Shown here: positions 9,115 to 19,086 of the stretch, one piece after another
Position numbering within the stretch: position 1 is the first letter of the stretch
How the letters are laid out: every line of letters starts with the position of its first letter
IMG/VR virus record: IMGVR_UViG_3300044806_000029
Coordinates: 1-38,450 of that record
Length of the DNA stretch: 38,450 bases
Strand: one strand, 5' to 3'
From: a virus
Taxonomy: Duplodnaviria; Caudoviricetes
Position numbers and translations under genes: made by a program
Notes under the pieces: model-generated
Databases searched by the model: none
What the model was told of the DNA's origin: nothing
The model's input: the letters and a program-made list of their open reading frames with translations, nothing else

Positions 9115-9138
9115 ATAGGGGGCCTAGGCTCCCTATTT
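9115..9138 (+). terminator. Possible terminator hairpin
   Basis: ATAGGGGGC-CTAG-GCTCCCTAT followed by TT. Confidence 0.45.
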
Positions 9139-9154
9139 AATTAACGGAAAAAAC

Positions 9155-9352
9155 ATGGCAACCATATATTTAAGACACCCCGTTCATGGTACTAAAGTAG
9201 CTACTATGATTGAGGAAGCTGAAGCTGATGCACAAAACGGATGGATAGAGTATAATCTTGATACGCCAATTAAAACTGAAGCTAAAGCTGAAGTTAAAGT
9301 TGAAGCGGCTCCCGTCAATACGCTGGATGTCAAACGACGTAGAAAAGAATAA
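9155..9352 (+). CDS. Hypothetical protein
   Basis: 65 aa, in operon; IYLRHPVHGTKVA and basic C-terminus. Confidence 0.65.
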   Translation: MATIYLRHPVHGTKVATMIEEAEADAQNGWIEYNLDTPIKTEAKAEVKVEAAPVNTLDVKRRRKE

Positions 9353-9363
9353 GGAGCCGTATT

Positions 9364-10077
9364 ATGGCCACTACCGCAGGCGATCAAATTAATGGAGCGT
9401 TACGATTACTTGGCATTTTAGCCGAAGGCGAAACTCCATCTGCCGCAACCTCACAAGATGCCTTAACTGCTCTAAACCAAATGGTGGACTCGTGGAATAC
9501 TGAGCGTTTATCCGTATTCGCTACACAAGACCAAATCGTAACTTGGTTGCCTAATACTAGAGTGCATACCTTAGGCCCATCCGGTGACACCGTTGGCAAT
9601 CGTCCAATCTTAGTCGACGATGCAACATACTTCCGTGACCCATCAAGCGGTATATCGTTCGGCATTAAACTAATCAATCAACAACAATACGATGGTATTG
9701 CTGTTAAGACCGTGACGTCTACTTATCCACAGGTTATGTGGGTAAACATGGATTACCCTAACATTACGATGACAGTGTACCCAGTGCCAACCAAAGTGTT
9801 GGAGTTCCACATTGTATCTGTTCAAGAGTTAACTGCGCCTGCAACATTGGCTACAAACCTAGCGTTCCCTCCAGGCTATCTACGTGCGTTCAAATACAAC
9901 TTAGCTTGCGAGATTGCCCCTGAGTTTGGCGTAGAGCCGTCACCTACTGTGTCACGCATTGCGATGACATCTAAACGTGACTTGAAACGCATCAACAATC
10001 CTGACGACATTATGTCCATGCCTTACAGCATTGTGGCTACACGTCAACGCTTCAACATTTTTGCAGGAAACTACTAA
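9364..10077 (+). CDS. Head-to-tail adaptor, P22 gp4-like
   Basis: TAGDQINGALRLLGILAEGE, DALTALNQMVDSW, YNLACEIAPEFG; precedes the gp10-like gene. Confidence 0.75.
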   Translation: MATTAGDQINGALRLLGILAEGETPSAATSQDALTALNQMVDSWNTERLSVFATQDQIVTWLPNTRVHTLGPSGDTVGNRPILVDDATYFRDPSSGISFGIKLINQQQYDGIAVKTVTSTYPQVMWVNMDYPNITMTVYPVPTKVLEFHIVSVQELTAPATLATNLAFPPGYLRAFKYNLACEIAPEFGVEPSPTVSRIAMTSKRDLKRINNPDDIMSMPYSIVATRQRFNIFAGNY

Positions 10078-11516
10078 TGAAATCGCCGATTTTGGGCCAG
10101 TCATACGTCGCGCGTTCAATTAACGCTGCGGACAACCGAATGATAAACCTTTTCCCAGAGCAGACGCCTGAGAACGGGCTTGAGATAGGCTACCTTAATC
10201 GTGCTCCAGGCTTAACCAAGCTAGTCACCATAGGCACAGGCCCTATCCGTGGTCTATGGGCGCACCAAACCAATGGCACCGATGCGTATTGCGTATCAGG
10301 CACAGGCTTTTACCGCATCAACACCGATTACACTTACGAGTACATCGGTGAAGTAGATGGCACTGGGCCAGTCACGTTTGCCGATAACGGCATACAAATC
10401 TTTATTGCGGCCAACCCTAGCGGTTACATCTACAATGAAGTGACAGACGTATTTGCTAAGATTACAGACCCTGACTTTACTGGCGCAGGCACTGTTACTT
10501 ATTTAGACGGATATTTCGTGTATAACGAGCCTGACAGCCAAAAGATATGGATTACACAGCTATTAGACGGTACATCCGTCGATCCACTAGACTTTGCTAG
10601 TGCTGAGGGGTCACCTGACGGCGTTGTAGCCGTTAACTCTATCCACCGTGAGCTATGGGTATTCGGTACTGACACGACAGAGGTTTGGTATGACTCCGGT
10701 GCTACCGACTTCCCGTTGATACCAATTCAAGGTGCGTTTAACGAGACAGGCTGTATCGCACCTTATTCTGTGGCAAAGTTAGATAACTCATTGTTTTGGT
10801 TAGGCAACGACCCACGGGGGTTCGGTGTTATTTACAGGTCTAACGGCTACGCTGCACAGCGCGTGTCCACACACGCTATTGAATACGCTGTACAAGGTTA
10901 CACCGACATATCAGACGCTGTGGCTTACACATACCAACAAGAAGGTCATGCGTTCTACGTTATATCATTCCCTACTGGCAACGCCACATGGGTATACGAT
11001 GTAGCTACTGGCGCATGGCATGAACGTGCTTATTTGACTAACGGTGAGTTCACGCGTCATCGTTCAAATTGTCAGTGCAACTTCCAATCTACAACACTTG
11101 TTGGCGACTACGCTAACGGTAACATATATAAGTTTGACCTAGACGTCTACGCCGATAATGGCGCTACACAGAAGTGGTTACGCTCATGGAGAGCATTGCC
11201 TAGCGGTCAGAACAACTTAAAACGTACAGCGCAACACAGTCTACAGTTAGAGTCTGAGTCAGGCGTGGGGCTTGTTGTTGGACAAGGTAACGACCCACAG
11301 GCGATGCTACGTTGGTCAGACGATGGCGGGCATACTTGGTCTAATGAACATTGGAAATCTATGGGTGCGATAGGTCAATATGGCTATCGTACTATTTGGC
11401 GTCGTCTTGGCATGACACAAAAGCTACGTGACCGCGTGTACGAAGTGTCAGGCACCGACCCAGTTAAAATAGCCATTATGGGCGCTGAACTAATCCTCAG
11501 CGGCACTAATGCGTAA
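10077..11516 (+). CDS. Tail hub / packaged-DNA stabilisation protein, P22 gp10-like
   Basis: 479 aa beta-propeller-like; FASAEGSPD, YTYQQEGHAFY, LRWSDDGGHTWSNE. Confidence 0.85.
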   Translation: MKSPILGQSYVARSINAADNRMINLFPEQTPENGLEIGYLNRAPGLTKLVTIGTGPIRGLWAHQTNGTDAYCVSGTGFYRINTDYTYEYIGEVDGTGPVTFADNGIQIFIAANPSGYIYNEVTDVFAKITDPDFTGAGTVTYLDGYFVYNEPDSQKIWITQLLDGTSVDPLDFASAEGSPDGVVAVNSIHRELWVFGTDTTEVWYDSGATDFPLIPIQGAFNETGCIAPYSVAKLDNSLFWLGNDPRGFGVIYRSNGYAAQRVSTHAIEYAVQGYTDISDAVAYTYQQEGHAFYVISFPTGNATWVYDVATGAWHERAYLTNGEFTRHRSNCQCNFQSTTLVGDYANGNIYKFDLDVYADNGATQKWLRSWRALPSGQNNLKRTAQHSLQLESESGVGLVVGQGNDPQAMLRWSDDGGHTWSNEHWKSMGAIGQYGYRTIWRRLGMTQKLRDRVYEVSGTDPVKIAIMGAELILSGTNA

Positions 11517-13809
11517 CTATACCCGCATCCCAGCCCCACGCGTTACTTTAGTCAATACACAGACAGGTATTGTAGCGGACGAATGGTTTAGGTTCTTTAA
11601 CAATCTATACACGATAGCATACGCAGCCACAGGATCTGTTACGGCAGGCACTTACGGCTCTGCGACCGCAGTGCCACAGATTACAGTGGACGATTTTGGA
11701 ACTATCACAAGTATATCCAATGTACCCATAGCCATTGATGCCAGTCAGATTGTTAGTGGCACCATAGCGTCAGCACGTATATCAGGGTCATATACAGGCA
11801 TTACAGGCGTCGGTACACTAACCGTAGGCACATGGAACGCAACGGCAATTACTACGCCTTACGGTGGCACAGGGCTAACAAGCTACACGGCTGGCGATAC
11901 GCTTTACTATGCGTCAGGCACTGCGCTAACCAAACTAGCCATAGGCGCAAGCACATACATTAATACGTCTAGCGGTACAGCGCCACAATGGACTAACCCA
12001 TCTACCATAACAATAGGTAAGGCAACTAACCTTGTAGGCGGTGCGGCTAATCGCATTGCGTATCAAACTGCAACGGACACGACAGGCTTTATTGTAGCGC
12101 CTACGGTATCAAACACTTACTTAGAATGGTCAGGCACTGCGTTTCAATGGTCTAGTAACCCATTAGGCACGGTCACAAGCGTATCTGTCGTCTCTGCTAA
12201 CGGTCTTGCTGGCACTGTGGCCACAGCCACAACAACGCCAGCCATTACGCTGTCTACGACAGTCACAGGGCTATTAAAAGGTAACGGAACGGCTATTAGT
12301 GCAGCAAGCTCAGGTACAGACTATGCGCCTGCCACATCAGGCTCATCTATTCTTTATGGTAACGGTGCAGGCGGGTTTAGCAATGTAACAATTGGATCAG
12401 GGCTGACATTTACAACAGGTACATTAACTGCTACAGGTTCAGGCGGTACGGTCACAAGCGTATCAGGTACAGGCACCGTTAACGGCATTACATTGACAGG
12501 CACTGTGACTAGCTCAGGCAGTTTAACGCTTGGCGGTACATTATCAGGCATCGGCAATAGCCAGTTAACTAACAGCACCATATCAGGCGTAGCGCTTGGC
12601 GGTAGCTTGTTTAACTTAACGGCTGGTACTGGTGTCACATTCAGCACTGGCACAACCTACAATGGCTCTGCGGCCATTACGATTAATGCCACAGGCACTG
12701 GCGGTACAGTCACAAGCGTTGCGGCCTTAACACTAGGCACGACAGGCACTGACTTAAGCTCAACCGTTGCTAACGGTACCACAACGCCTGTCATTACATT
12801 GAACGTGCCTACAGCGTCTAGCGTTAATCGCGGTGCGTTAAGTGCTGCGGATTGGACAACATTTAACAGTAAAGCGCCAGGCGTTACGTTTACAACAGGG
12901 TATATTCCGTTTGGTCAAGGCACAACAACATTAAATCAAGACGCAGCATTATTTTGGGATAATACTAATAAACGATTAGGAATTGGTACTGTTAGCCCTG
13001 CAACTAAACTTGAGCTTAGTAGCGCTACAGGGACTGCAACACCTACGCCAACTGAAGTTAGGATTTCAACTACGTCTAATGCTTCCGATTGGAGTACAAC
13101 ACTTCCTTGGGGACGGTTAAGTTATTACAATGCTGACGCAAGTACATCAGGCCCTAAAATTCATATTGCTATTGATGCTATTGCTAGGGCATCTACAGGC
13201 GCCGTTTCAAACCTTAGTTTTTCATTTGCGGATTCTACTTCAGGGGTGCTTACAGAACGGATGTTACTTACTGATTTAGGTAATTTAAGCGTGACTGGTA
13301 CTGGCAAGTTCGGTACAACAGTAGGCGTGGGCGCAGCAACACCAAGCACATCAGGCGCAGGTATTACGTTCCCTGCTACGCAGTCTGCATCGACAGACGT
13401 TAATACACTAGATGACTATGAAGAAGGTACGTTTACACCAACTGTCATAGGGACTACAACGGCTGGTACAGGTACTTATTCAGCTAACTCTCAAATAGGT
13501 AGGTATACAAAAATAGGCAATCGTGTTTATTTTAATATCTATCTTGCTTGGACTGCTCATACAGGCACCGGAAATATGCGTATTTCAGGGCTTCCATTTA
13601 CCAGTATTGCAACTACCAACACGTTTAATGCTGTTTCTACATGGAACGCAAACATTGCGTTGACCGCATTAAACTTATTAACAGCGTACGTTAACGTAAA
13701 CGCAACTACTGTTGAATTAAGACAATACCCTACTGGTGGAGGTGCTGATGCAGCAATACCTATAGATACGGCAGCAAGTATAATGGTTGCAGGACATTAC
13801 GAAGTTTAA
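11509..13809 (+). CDS. Tail fiber / needle-like receptor-binding protein
   Basis: 766 aa, G/T/S-rich with repeated GTVTSV modules, RLGIGTVSP, and C-terminal LDDYEEGTFTP...YTKIGNRV...GLPF domain. Confidence 0.75.
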   Translation: MRNYTRIPAPRVTLVNTQTGIVADEWFRFFNNLYTIAYAATGSVTAGTYGSATAVPQITVDDFGTITSISNVPIAIDASQIVSGTIASARISGSYTGITGVGTLTVGTWNATAITTPYGGTGLTSYTAGDTLYYASGTALTKLAIGASTYINTSSGTAPQWTNPSTITIGKATNLVGGAANRIAYQTATDTTGFIVAPTVSNTYLEWSGTAFQWSSNPLGTVTSVSVVSANGLAGTVATATTTPAITLSTTVTGLLKGNGTAISAASSGTDYAPATSGSSILYGNGAGGFSNVTIGSGLTFTTGTLTATGSGGTVTSVSGTGTVNGITLTGTVTSSGSLTLGGTLSGIGNSQLTNSTISGVALGGSLFNLTAGTGVTFSTGTTYNGSAAITINATGTGGTVTSVAALTLGTTGTDLSSTVANGTTTPVITLNVPTASSVNRGALSAADWTTFNSKAPGVTFTTGYIPFGQGTTTLNQDAALFWDNTNKRLGIGTVSPATKLELSSATGTATPTPTEVRISTTSNASDWSTTLPWGRLSYYNADASTSGPKIHIAIDAIARASTGAVSNLSFSFADSTSGVLTERMLLTDLGNLSVTGTGKFGTTVGVGAATPSTSGAGITFPATQSASTDVNTLDDYEEGTFTPTVIGTTTAGTGTYSANSQIGRYTKIGNRVYFNIYLAWTAHTGTGNMRISGLPFTSIATTNTFNAVSTWNANIALTALNLLTAYVNVNATTVELRQYPTGGGADAAIPIDTAASIMVAGHYEV

Positions 13810-13854
13810 TTAAATACATTAGACTAGCGTAAGTAAATAAAAAGGATATGTATA

Positions 13855-14061
13855 ATGGCTTTAACAAAAGATTCAGTAATAGATCAGATAACAGTAACTG
13901 AAAATGGTACAATTTTATACCGAGAAGTTACGCGCATTATGGAAGATGGTGAGCCACTGTCTGAAATATACCATCGTACAAGTGTTGAAAAGAACGCAGA
14001 TTTGTCAAATGCGCCAAGTAGCGTAAAAGATATTGCTCAAGTAGCATGGAAAATAAAATAG
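13855..14061 (+). CDS. Small tail-fiber-associated protein (putative chaperone)
   Basis: MALTKDSVIDQITVTENG...YHR; this type usually follows DDYEEG-type fibers; AAGGA RBS. Confidence 0.55.
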   Translation: MALTKDSVIDQITVTENGTILYREVTRIMEDGEPLSEIYHRTSVEKNADLSNAPSSVKDIAQVAWKIK

Positions 14062-14103
14062 TTAGCTTATTAAGATAAGCTAAAATTAAATAAAGGAAAC
14101 ATT

Positions 14104-15591
14104 ATGGCTACATTAATTCCAAAATATACCCAAGTAACTACAGCTAACAGAACAATAGCAGAAAAATTTGCTGAATCTATTTCGGTAAAAGATTTTGGCG
14201 CTGTTGGCGATGGCGTAACGGATGATTATGCTGCAATTATGGCCGCTATTAATAGTTTACCTAGCACTGGCGGAAAGATTTTTTTCCCTGTAGGCGTGTA
14301 TTTACATAACACTAAAATAACCGTATCAAAAAATGTATATTTTGTTGGTTGCGGTAATAGCATTGTATCTAGTGTAACAGGCCCAACTGAGCTACTTAAA
14401 GGCGCCAGTATAGCTGGAAATGGACTTGAATTAGCAGCCGACGGAATTACAATTGAACATTTAAACTACAGAGGCGCAGTCGGCAATACTGGCGATGGAA
14501 TAGTATTTCTTGGCGGTAGACAAACATTAAGGGACGTTTCCGTTTTTACAATGGGTCAAGATGGTATTCGTATAGGACGTGACGGCGCTGGCGGAAATCA
14601 AAACTTATGGTGTTTAATCAACATTAGAGCTAAAAACAATGGCCGCAATGGTTTGCGAATTGAGGATAAAATTTCACCGCTTACTGCAAGCGATTGTAAC
14701 GCTGGAACTTTGCTACATGCTGATATTCAGTCAAACACGGGTGACGGCGTATATGTTGGTAATACAGGGCTAAATACTTTTGTTGGGCTTGCTGCACAAT
14801 CAAATAGTGGCTACGGCGTTTTATTAGACGCTAATGCAACATATAATGCTTTTTTTGGGGGTGATTTTGAAGCTAATACTTTAGATGAACTTAGACTTTT
14901 GGCTGGCGCAACAAGAAATTCTTTTATAGGAATTTCTGTTTCGGGTACAGCAATTGATTTAGGTAGCAATACTTCATTTGTAGGGTGTACTGGACTTGGT
15001 TCACCAGCAGGTTTAATTGTACCTAATGTTGGTGATTCAAATGTTAAATGCTTAGATTGGTATGAGGAAGGAACATTTTTACCTTATTTTGAAGGATCAA
15101 CAACTACGCCAACCACAGCGGGGTCTTTTACAATAGGCACAGCGTATAAGATTGTTTCTGTAGGAACCACTGATTTTACTTTAATAGGCGCATCAGCAAA
15201 TACCGTAGGCGTTATTTTTACCGCTACAGGTATAGGTAGCGGAACAGGTACTGCTTCAGCTTTGGGTGTTTATTCAACGCAAGCGGGTAACTATACTAGA
15301 ATAGGAAATACTGTTCGGATAAGTATTACATTACGAACTACAAGTAACACTGCGACTGGGGATTGTTCAGTCATTAATTTACCTTTTACAAGTGCTACAT
15401 CGCCAAAAGGAAGGGCAAATTTATTATTAAATAGCCAGCTTTTAACTTATGGCGCAGGGATTCCATTTGGGTATATTGCGGATAGTTCAACTAGCATAAG
15501 TTTACTTCTTCAATCATCAAATGCAGCTCAAACGGCCATAGCAATTGATACTGATGCTTTTGTTTATATTTCAGGTACATATCAGGTTTAA
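14104..15591 (+). CDS. Tailspike / depolymerase (pectate_lyase_3-like beta-helix)
   Basis: SVKDFGAVGDGVTDDYAAI..AI, FFPVGVY, beta-helix repeats, C-terminal WYEEGTF...YTRIGN domain. Confidence 0.8.
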   Translation: MATLIPKYTQVTTANRTIAEKFAESISVKDFGAVGDGVTDDYAAIMAAINSLPSTGGKIFFPVGVYLHNTKITVSKNVYFVGCGNSIVSSVTGPTELLKGASIAGNGLELAADGITIEHLNYRGAVGNTGDGIVFLGGRQTLRDVSVFTMGQDGIRIGRDGAGGNQNLWCLINIRAKNNGRNGLRIEDKISPLTASDCNAGTLLHADIQSNTGDGVYVGNTGLNTFVGLAAQSNSGYGVLLDANATYNAFFGGDFEANTLDELRLLAGATRNSFIGISVSGTAIDLGSNTSFVGCTGLGSPAGLIVPNVGDSNVKCLDWYEEGTFLPYFEGSTTTPTTAGSFTIGTAYKIVSVGTTDFTLIGASANTVGVIFTATGIGSGTGTASALGVYSTQAGNYTRIGNTVRISITLRTTSNTATGDCSVINLPFTSATSPKGRANLLLNSQLLTYGAGIPFGYIADSSTSISLLLQSSNAAQTAIAIDTDAFVYISGTYQV

Positions 15592-15594
15592 ATA

Positions 15595-15864
15595 ATGGAA
15601 AAACTATTCTCACTGTTTGCCAAGCTGTCCAGCTCACGTATTCCGGTACGTGCCGACTTACAGGCTCACTTTAACGTAGGCGCTATCTTAGCCTTTGTAG
15701 CGTACTTTGTCATAGGCTACTGGGCCTTATTACTTGTAGCTATAGTAGCTGGCGCAAAAGAGTGGTATGATTACAAGCATCCTAATCATACCGCAGATTT
15801 TTATGATTGGTTAGCCACGACACTAGGGGCTATTGTTACATTAGGAGTTATATATGTCTGTTAA
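15595..15864 (+). CDS. Small membrane protein
   Basis: H..VG followed by hydrophobic helices, KEWYD, D.LAT.LG pattern. Confidence 0.65.
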   Translation: MEKLFSLFAKLSSSRIPVRADLQAHFNVGAILAFVAYFVIGYWALLLVAIVAGAKEWYDYKHPNHTADFYDWLATTLGAIVTLGVIYVC

Positions 15865-17965
15865 CTTATCCCCTTTAGGCGGCGCTGGCGCACAGTTCTT
15901 CACCAACGATGGCGTCCCCTTAACTGGCGGTCTACTGTACACTTACCAAGCCGGTACGACTACACCGGCTACCACTTACACATCAAGCAATGGCTTAACT
16001 GCATTAGCTAACCCAATTATCTTAGACGCCGCAGGCCGAGTGCCTACAGGTGAGATTTGGCTAACTGACGGCATAAGCTACAAGTTCGTACTGAAAGACT
16101 CCACAGACGTGCTAATCGCTACTTGGGACGGCTTGTCAGGCATTAACTCTAACTTTATTGCTTACACATCATTAGAAGAAACAGCCACTGCTACAGCTGG
16201 CCAGACTGTGTTCAACTTAACATTAGATTACATTGTTAATTCTAACAACTTAGCCGTATACGTTAACGGCAGTAATCAAATAGTTAACGTCAATTATCTT
16301 GAAACTGATACTAACACCGTTACGTTCTTAACCGGGCTTAATGTAGGCGATGTAGTTAAGTTTTCTACCGCAACCCCAGTGTCAACTAACGCCACAGACG
16401 CGGCTAACGTATCTTACACACCAGGCGGTATAGATGCAGTATCTACAAATGTACAAGCTAAACTTCGTCAATATGTTTCCGTACAAGATTTTGGCGCTGT
16501 AGGTGACGGCGTGGCTGATGATACTGACGCTATTCAAAATGCGCTTGATGCGTCAGACTATGTGTATTTACCACCAGGAACATATTTAGTATCGTCTCCT
16601 TTAACTATTACCACAGGATCAGGTAAGTCTATTTGCGGGTCTAATCGGGGTAAAACAGTAATTACAAAAGTTGACTTATCTGCACCTAATGTTACGCGTA
16701 CTTATGACTCCGTTGTTTTTAACTATAATGTACCTTGTATTTTTGCGCTTATAGCGGCAGATGAATCTTATGTGCGATATGTAAATTTAGAAAACATTAA
16801 TCTTGTAGGTTTAGCTGGCGATGAAACACAAGTTGCAATATTTGCACCTAGAGTAACGTATAGCATTTTTCAAAGCATTGAAGCGCGATACGGTAAATCA
16901 ATGTATGAATCTACCGCGTTAAGTTTTGTTAACACATTTATAAGCGTTAGAAGCCGCGAGATGGCAGGCGGACATTTTATTATAGAAAACGGGCTTGCTT
17001 ATTCATTTTATAATGTCTATGCAAATGTTAATGTATCTAGCGGAGATGCAAGTCTTGGGTTTAGTATTACTAGCACTAACGCATCGTTTTTTGGCTGCAC
17101 GGCAGATGGGTTTAATATTGGATGGCAAACATTAGGCACTGCTCAAGTAAGTTTGCACGGGTGTACTACGGAAGCAAGAATTAGACATGTTGACGCGCAA
17201 GATAGCTCTACCGTAGATGTTATCGGCGGTAGGTATATGCTTACCATTGTTCAAAGTCAAGCCGCTAGTGAAGCAACATGTTTTAAAACCTCTGATACCG
17301 CGCGGATTGTTGCAAAAGCCCCTAATTGTTTTATGTACGATAGTACAACAGGGTACTCAAATAAATACTTAGCTATTTCTTCTGACCAATCAAACGTAAT
17401 TTTAGATGACGTAGACTTGCGGATTGTGGGCGGGACTTCAGTTGCCTTTACTTTAGCAGATTTAATTATTGCGCAAAACGGTATAATTAACTATGTTGAA
17501 AAAGGCGATATTGTAAAGTCTATATCCGGCGCTCAAGCAATTGCTGGAATTGAATTTTTTAACCATGCAACATTAAGTAAGCAAGTAAATTTTGCTTCGG
17601 CTTTAACAGGGACTATCGCTACATTTACAGCGTTAACTTACAATACTGTGTTAATTGCTGATGTAGATGTAATTTATCGTGCTACAGGGTCAAGCGGTGC
17701 AAGGGGCGTGTCAGGATCTGCAAAAATGAAATTAACGGCTTCTTCTAGAACTACAGACACGATTCAAACACAGCAACTTGTTTCATCGCTATGCCCTGAT
17801 GGGGCAACGGAAACAATTACCTTAAGCGCAGCGATTGCAGCTGGGGTAGTTACCATTATAGCAACGGCATCAAATGCTAACGTAGGAACTTGTTATTTCC
17901 AAGTAAAACCAGCGTTTGTAGCTAGTGGAACATCAACAACTACATCAACTTTTACGGTAAGTTAA
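15854..17965 (+). CDS. Tailspike with N-terminal virion-attachment domain and beta-helix
   Basis: QFFTNDGVPLTGGLLYTY.AGTTTP...NPIILDAAGR anchor; TATAGQTVF domain; VSVQDFGAVGDGVADDTDAIQNAL, YLPPGTY. Confidence 0.82.
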   Translation: MSVNLSPLGGAGAQFFTNDGVPLTGGLLYTYQAGTTTPATTYTSSNGLTALANPIILDAAGRVPTGEIWLTDGISYKFVLKDSTDVLIATWDGLSGINSNFIAYTSLEETATATAGQTVFNLTLDYIVNSNNLAVYVNGSNQIVNVNYLETDTNTVTFLTGLNVGDVVKFSTATPVSTNATDAANVSYTPGGIDAVSTNVQAKLRQYVSVQDFGAVGDGVADDTDAIQNALDASDYVYLPPGTYLVSSPLTITTGSGKSICGSNRGKTVITKVDLSAPNVTRTYDSVVFNYNVPCIFALIAADESYVRYVNLENINLVGLAGDETQVAIFAPRVTYSIFQSIEARYGKSMYESTALSFVNTFISVRSREMAGGHFIIENGLAYSFYNVYANVNVSSGDASLGFSITSTNASFFGCTADGFNIGWQTLGTAQVSLHGCTTEARIRHVDAQDSSTVDVIGGRYMLTIVQSQAASEATCFKTSDTARIVAKAPNCFMYDSTTGYSNKYLAISSDQSNVILDDVDLRIVGGTSVAFTLADLIIAQNGIINYVEKGDIVKSISGAQAIAGIEFFNHATLSKQVNFASALTGTIATFTALTYNTVLIADVDVIYRATGSSGARGVSGSAKMKLTASSRTTDTIQTQQLVSSLCPDGATETITLSAAIAAGVVTIIATASNANVGTCYFQVKPAFVASGTSTTTSTFTVS

Positions 17966-17974
17966 CGCAACAGC

Positions 17975-18343
17975 ATGATTCCGGATGATGTGTGGCAAGT
18001 TATCGTTGAACATTATAAGAAATATGATAATGTAACGTATGACGAAGAAGCGAAGAAGGCAGTAGAACACCAGGCTAAAGTTGTTAATTTTGATGGCGGT
18101 GTGTTTATAGTAGTAGGAAATGAATTTGATTTATTTGTATCTCAAGCTAGACAAGGCAAGTGGAATGTAAAGCATGAGATTACAAAAGTAATTGAATCGA
18201 TAGCCAAGGATTATCCAACGGCTATAATACAGATTCAGAAGGATAATGCTAAATCGTTACGGTTAGCAAAACATTTTAAGTTTAATGAAGTTAGCCGTAA
18301 TGATGGGCTTATTAGATTGGAGAAACAATTATGGGCGGTATAG
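17975..18343 (+). CDS. GNAT-like protein (position of P22 gp14)
   Basis: RQGKW and NAKSLRLAKHFKF resemble GNAT motifs; lies just before the ejection genes. Confidence 0.5.
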   Translation: MIPDDVWQVIVEHYKKYDNVTYDEEAKKAVEHQAKVVNFDGGVFIVVGNEFDLFVSQARQGKWNVKHEITKVIESIAKDYPTAIIQIQKDNAKSLRLAKHFKFNEVSRNDGLIRLEKQLWAV

Positions 18344-19080
18344 TCGGTGGAATAGTATCAAGCGTAGCAGGTAATGTAGTTGGAGGCCTTATAGGGTCTA
18401 AAGGTGCTAAGAGCGCCGCTAATACACAAGCTGCATCAGCGGATCGCGCTACAGAACTACAGCGTGAGATGTATGAGAAGAATATTGAACTGAACGCACC
18501 GTTTCGTGAGGCGGGGCTAACTGCACAAAACAAACTGCTAGACTACTTAGGGTTGTCTGCGGGCGCAGGCGGTAAATACGCTAAAGATTTTAGCATGCAG
18601 GACTTCCAACAAGACCCAGGCTATGCGTTCCGTATAGCAGAAGGCATGAAGGCTTTAGATCGTACGGCAGCCGCTAGAGGCGGTATGCTGTCAGGTGCCG
18701 CATTACGTGGCGCTACACGTTACGGACAAGAGATGGGTTCGCAAGAGTACACCAACGCGTTCAACCGTTACCAAACCAACCGTGCTAACCAACTTAACCC
18801 ATTACAAAGTCTAATGGGCGCAGGTCAAACTGCCGCAGGTCAGGTAGCTAACGCAGGTCAAAACTACGCTAACCAAGCCGGTCAGAACTACATGAACGCC
18901 GGTAATGCACGGGCGTCAGGTTACGTGGGTAGCGCTAACGCATGGTCTAACGCGATAGGCAACGCTTACAATCAATACAACCAAAACCAAATGATGAATC
19001 AAATGTTCCCGCAAGGTGGCGGAACTGCCGGGTATACGCCGTTACCTGACTCACAATCTTTTGACTACTATAATGGATAA
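18331..19080 (+). CDS. DNA ejection (pilot) protein, P22 gp7-like
   Basis: Gly-rich hydrophobic N-terminus, A/Q/N-rich, DPGYAFR, AARGGMLSGAALR. Confidence 0.75.
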   Translation: MGGIVGGIVSSVAGNVVGGLIGSKGAKSAANTQAASADRATELQREMYEKNIELNAPFREAGLTAQNKLLDYLGLSAGAGGKYAKDFSMQDFQQDPGYAFRIAEGMKALDRTAAARGGMLSGAALRGATRYGQEMGSQEYTNAFNRYQTNRANQLNPLQSLMGAGQTAAGQVANAGQNYANQAGQNYMNAGNARASGYVGSANAWSNAIGNAYNQYNQNQMMNQMFPQGGGTAGYTPLPDSQSFDYYNG

Positions 19081-19086
19081 CTAATC

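Noticed and set aside
13390-15591. Duplicated RBP C-terminal domain as a diversity-generating retroelement TR/VR pair
   Set aside because: No reverse transcriptase gene; similarity is at the protein level with indels, not adenine-specific mismatches.
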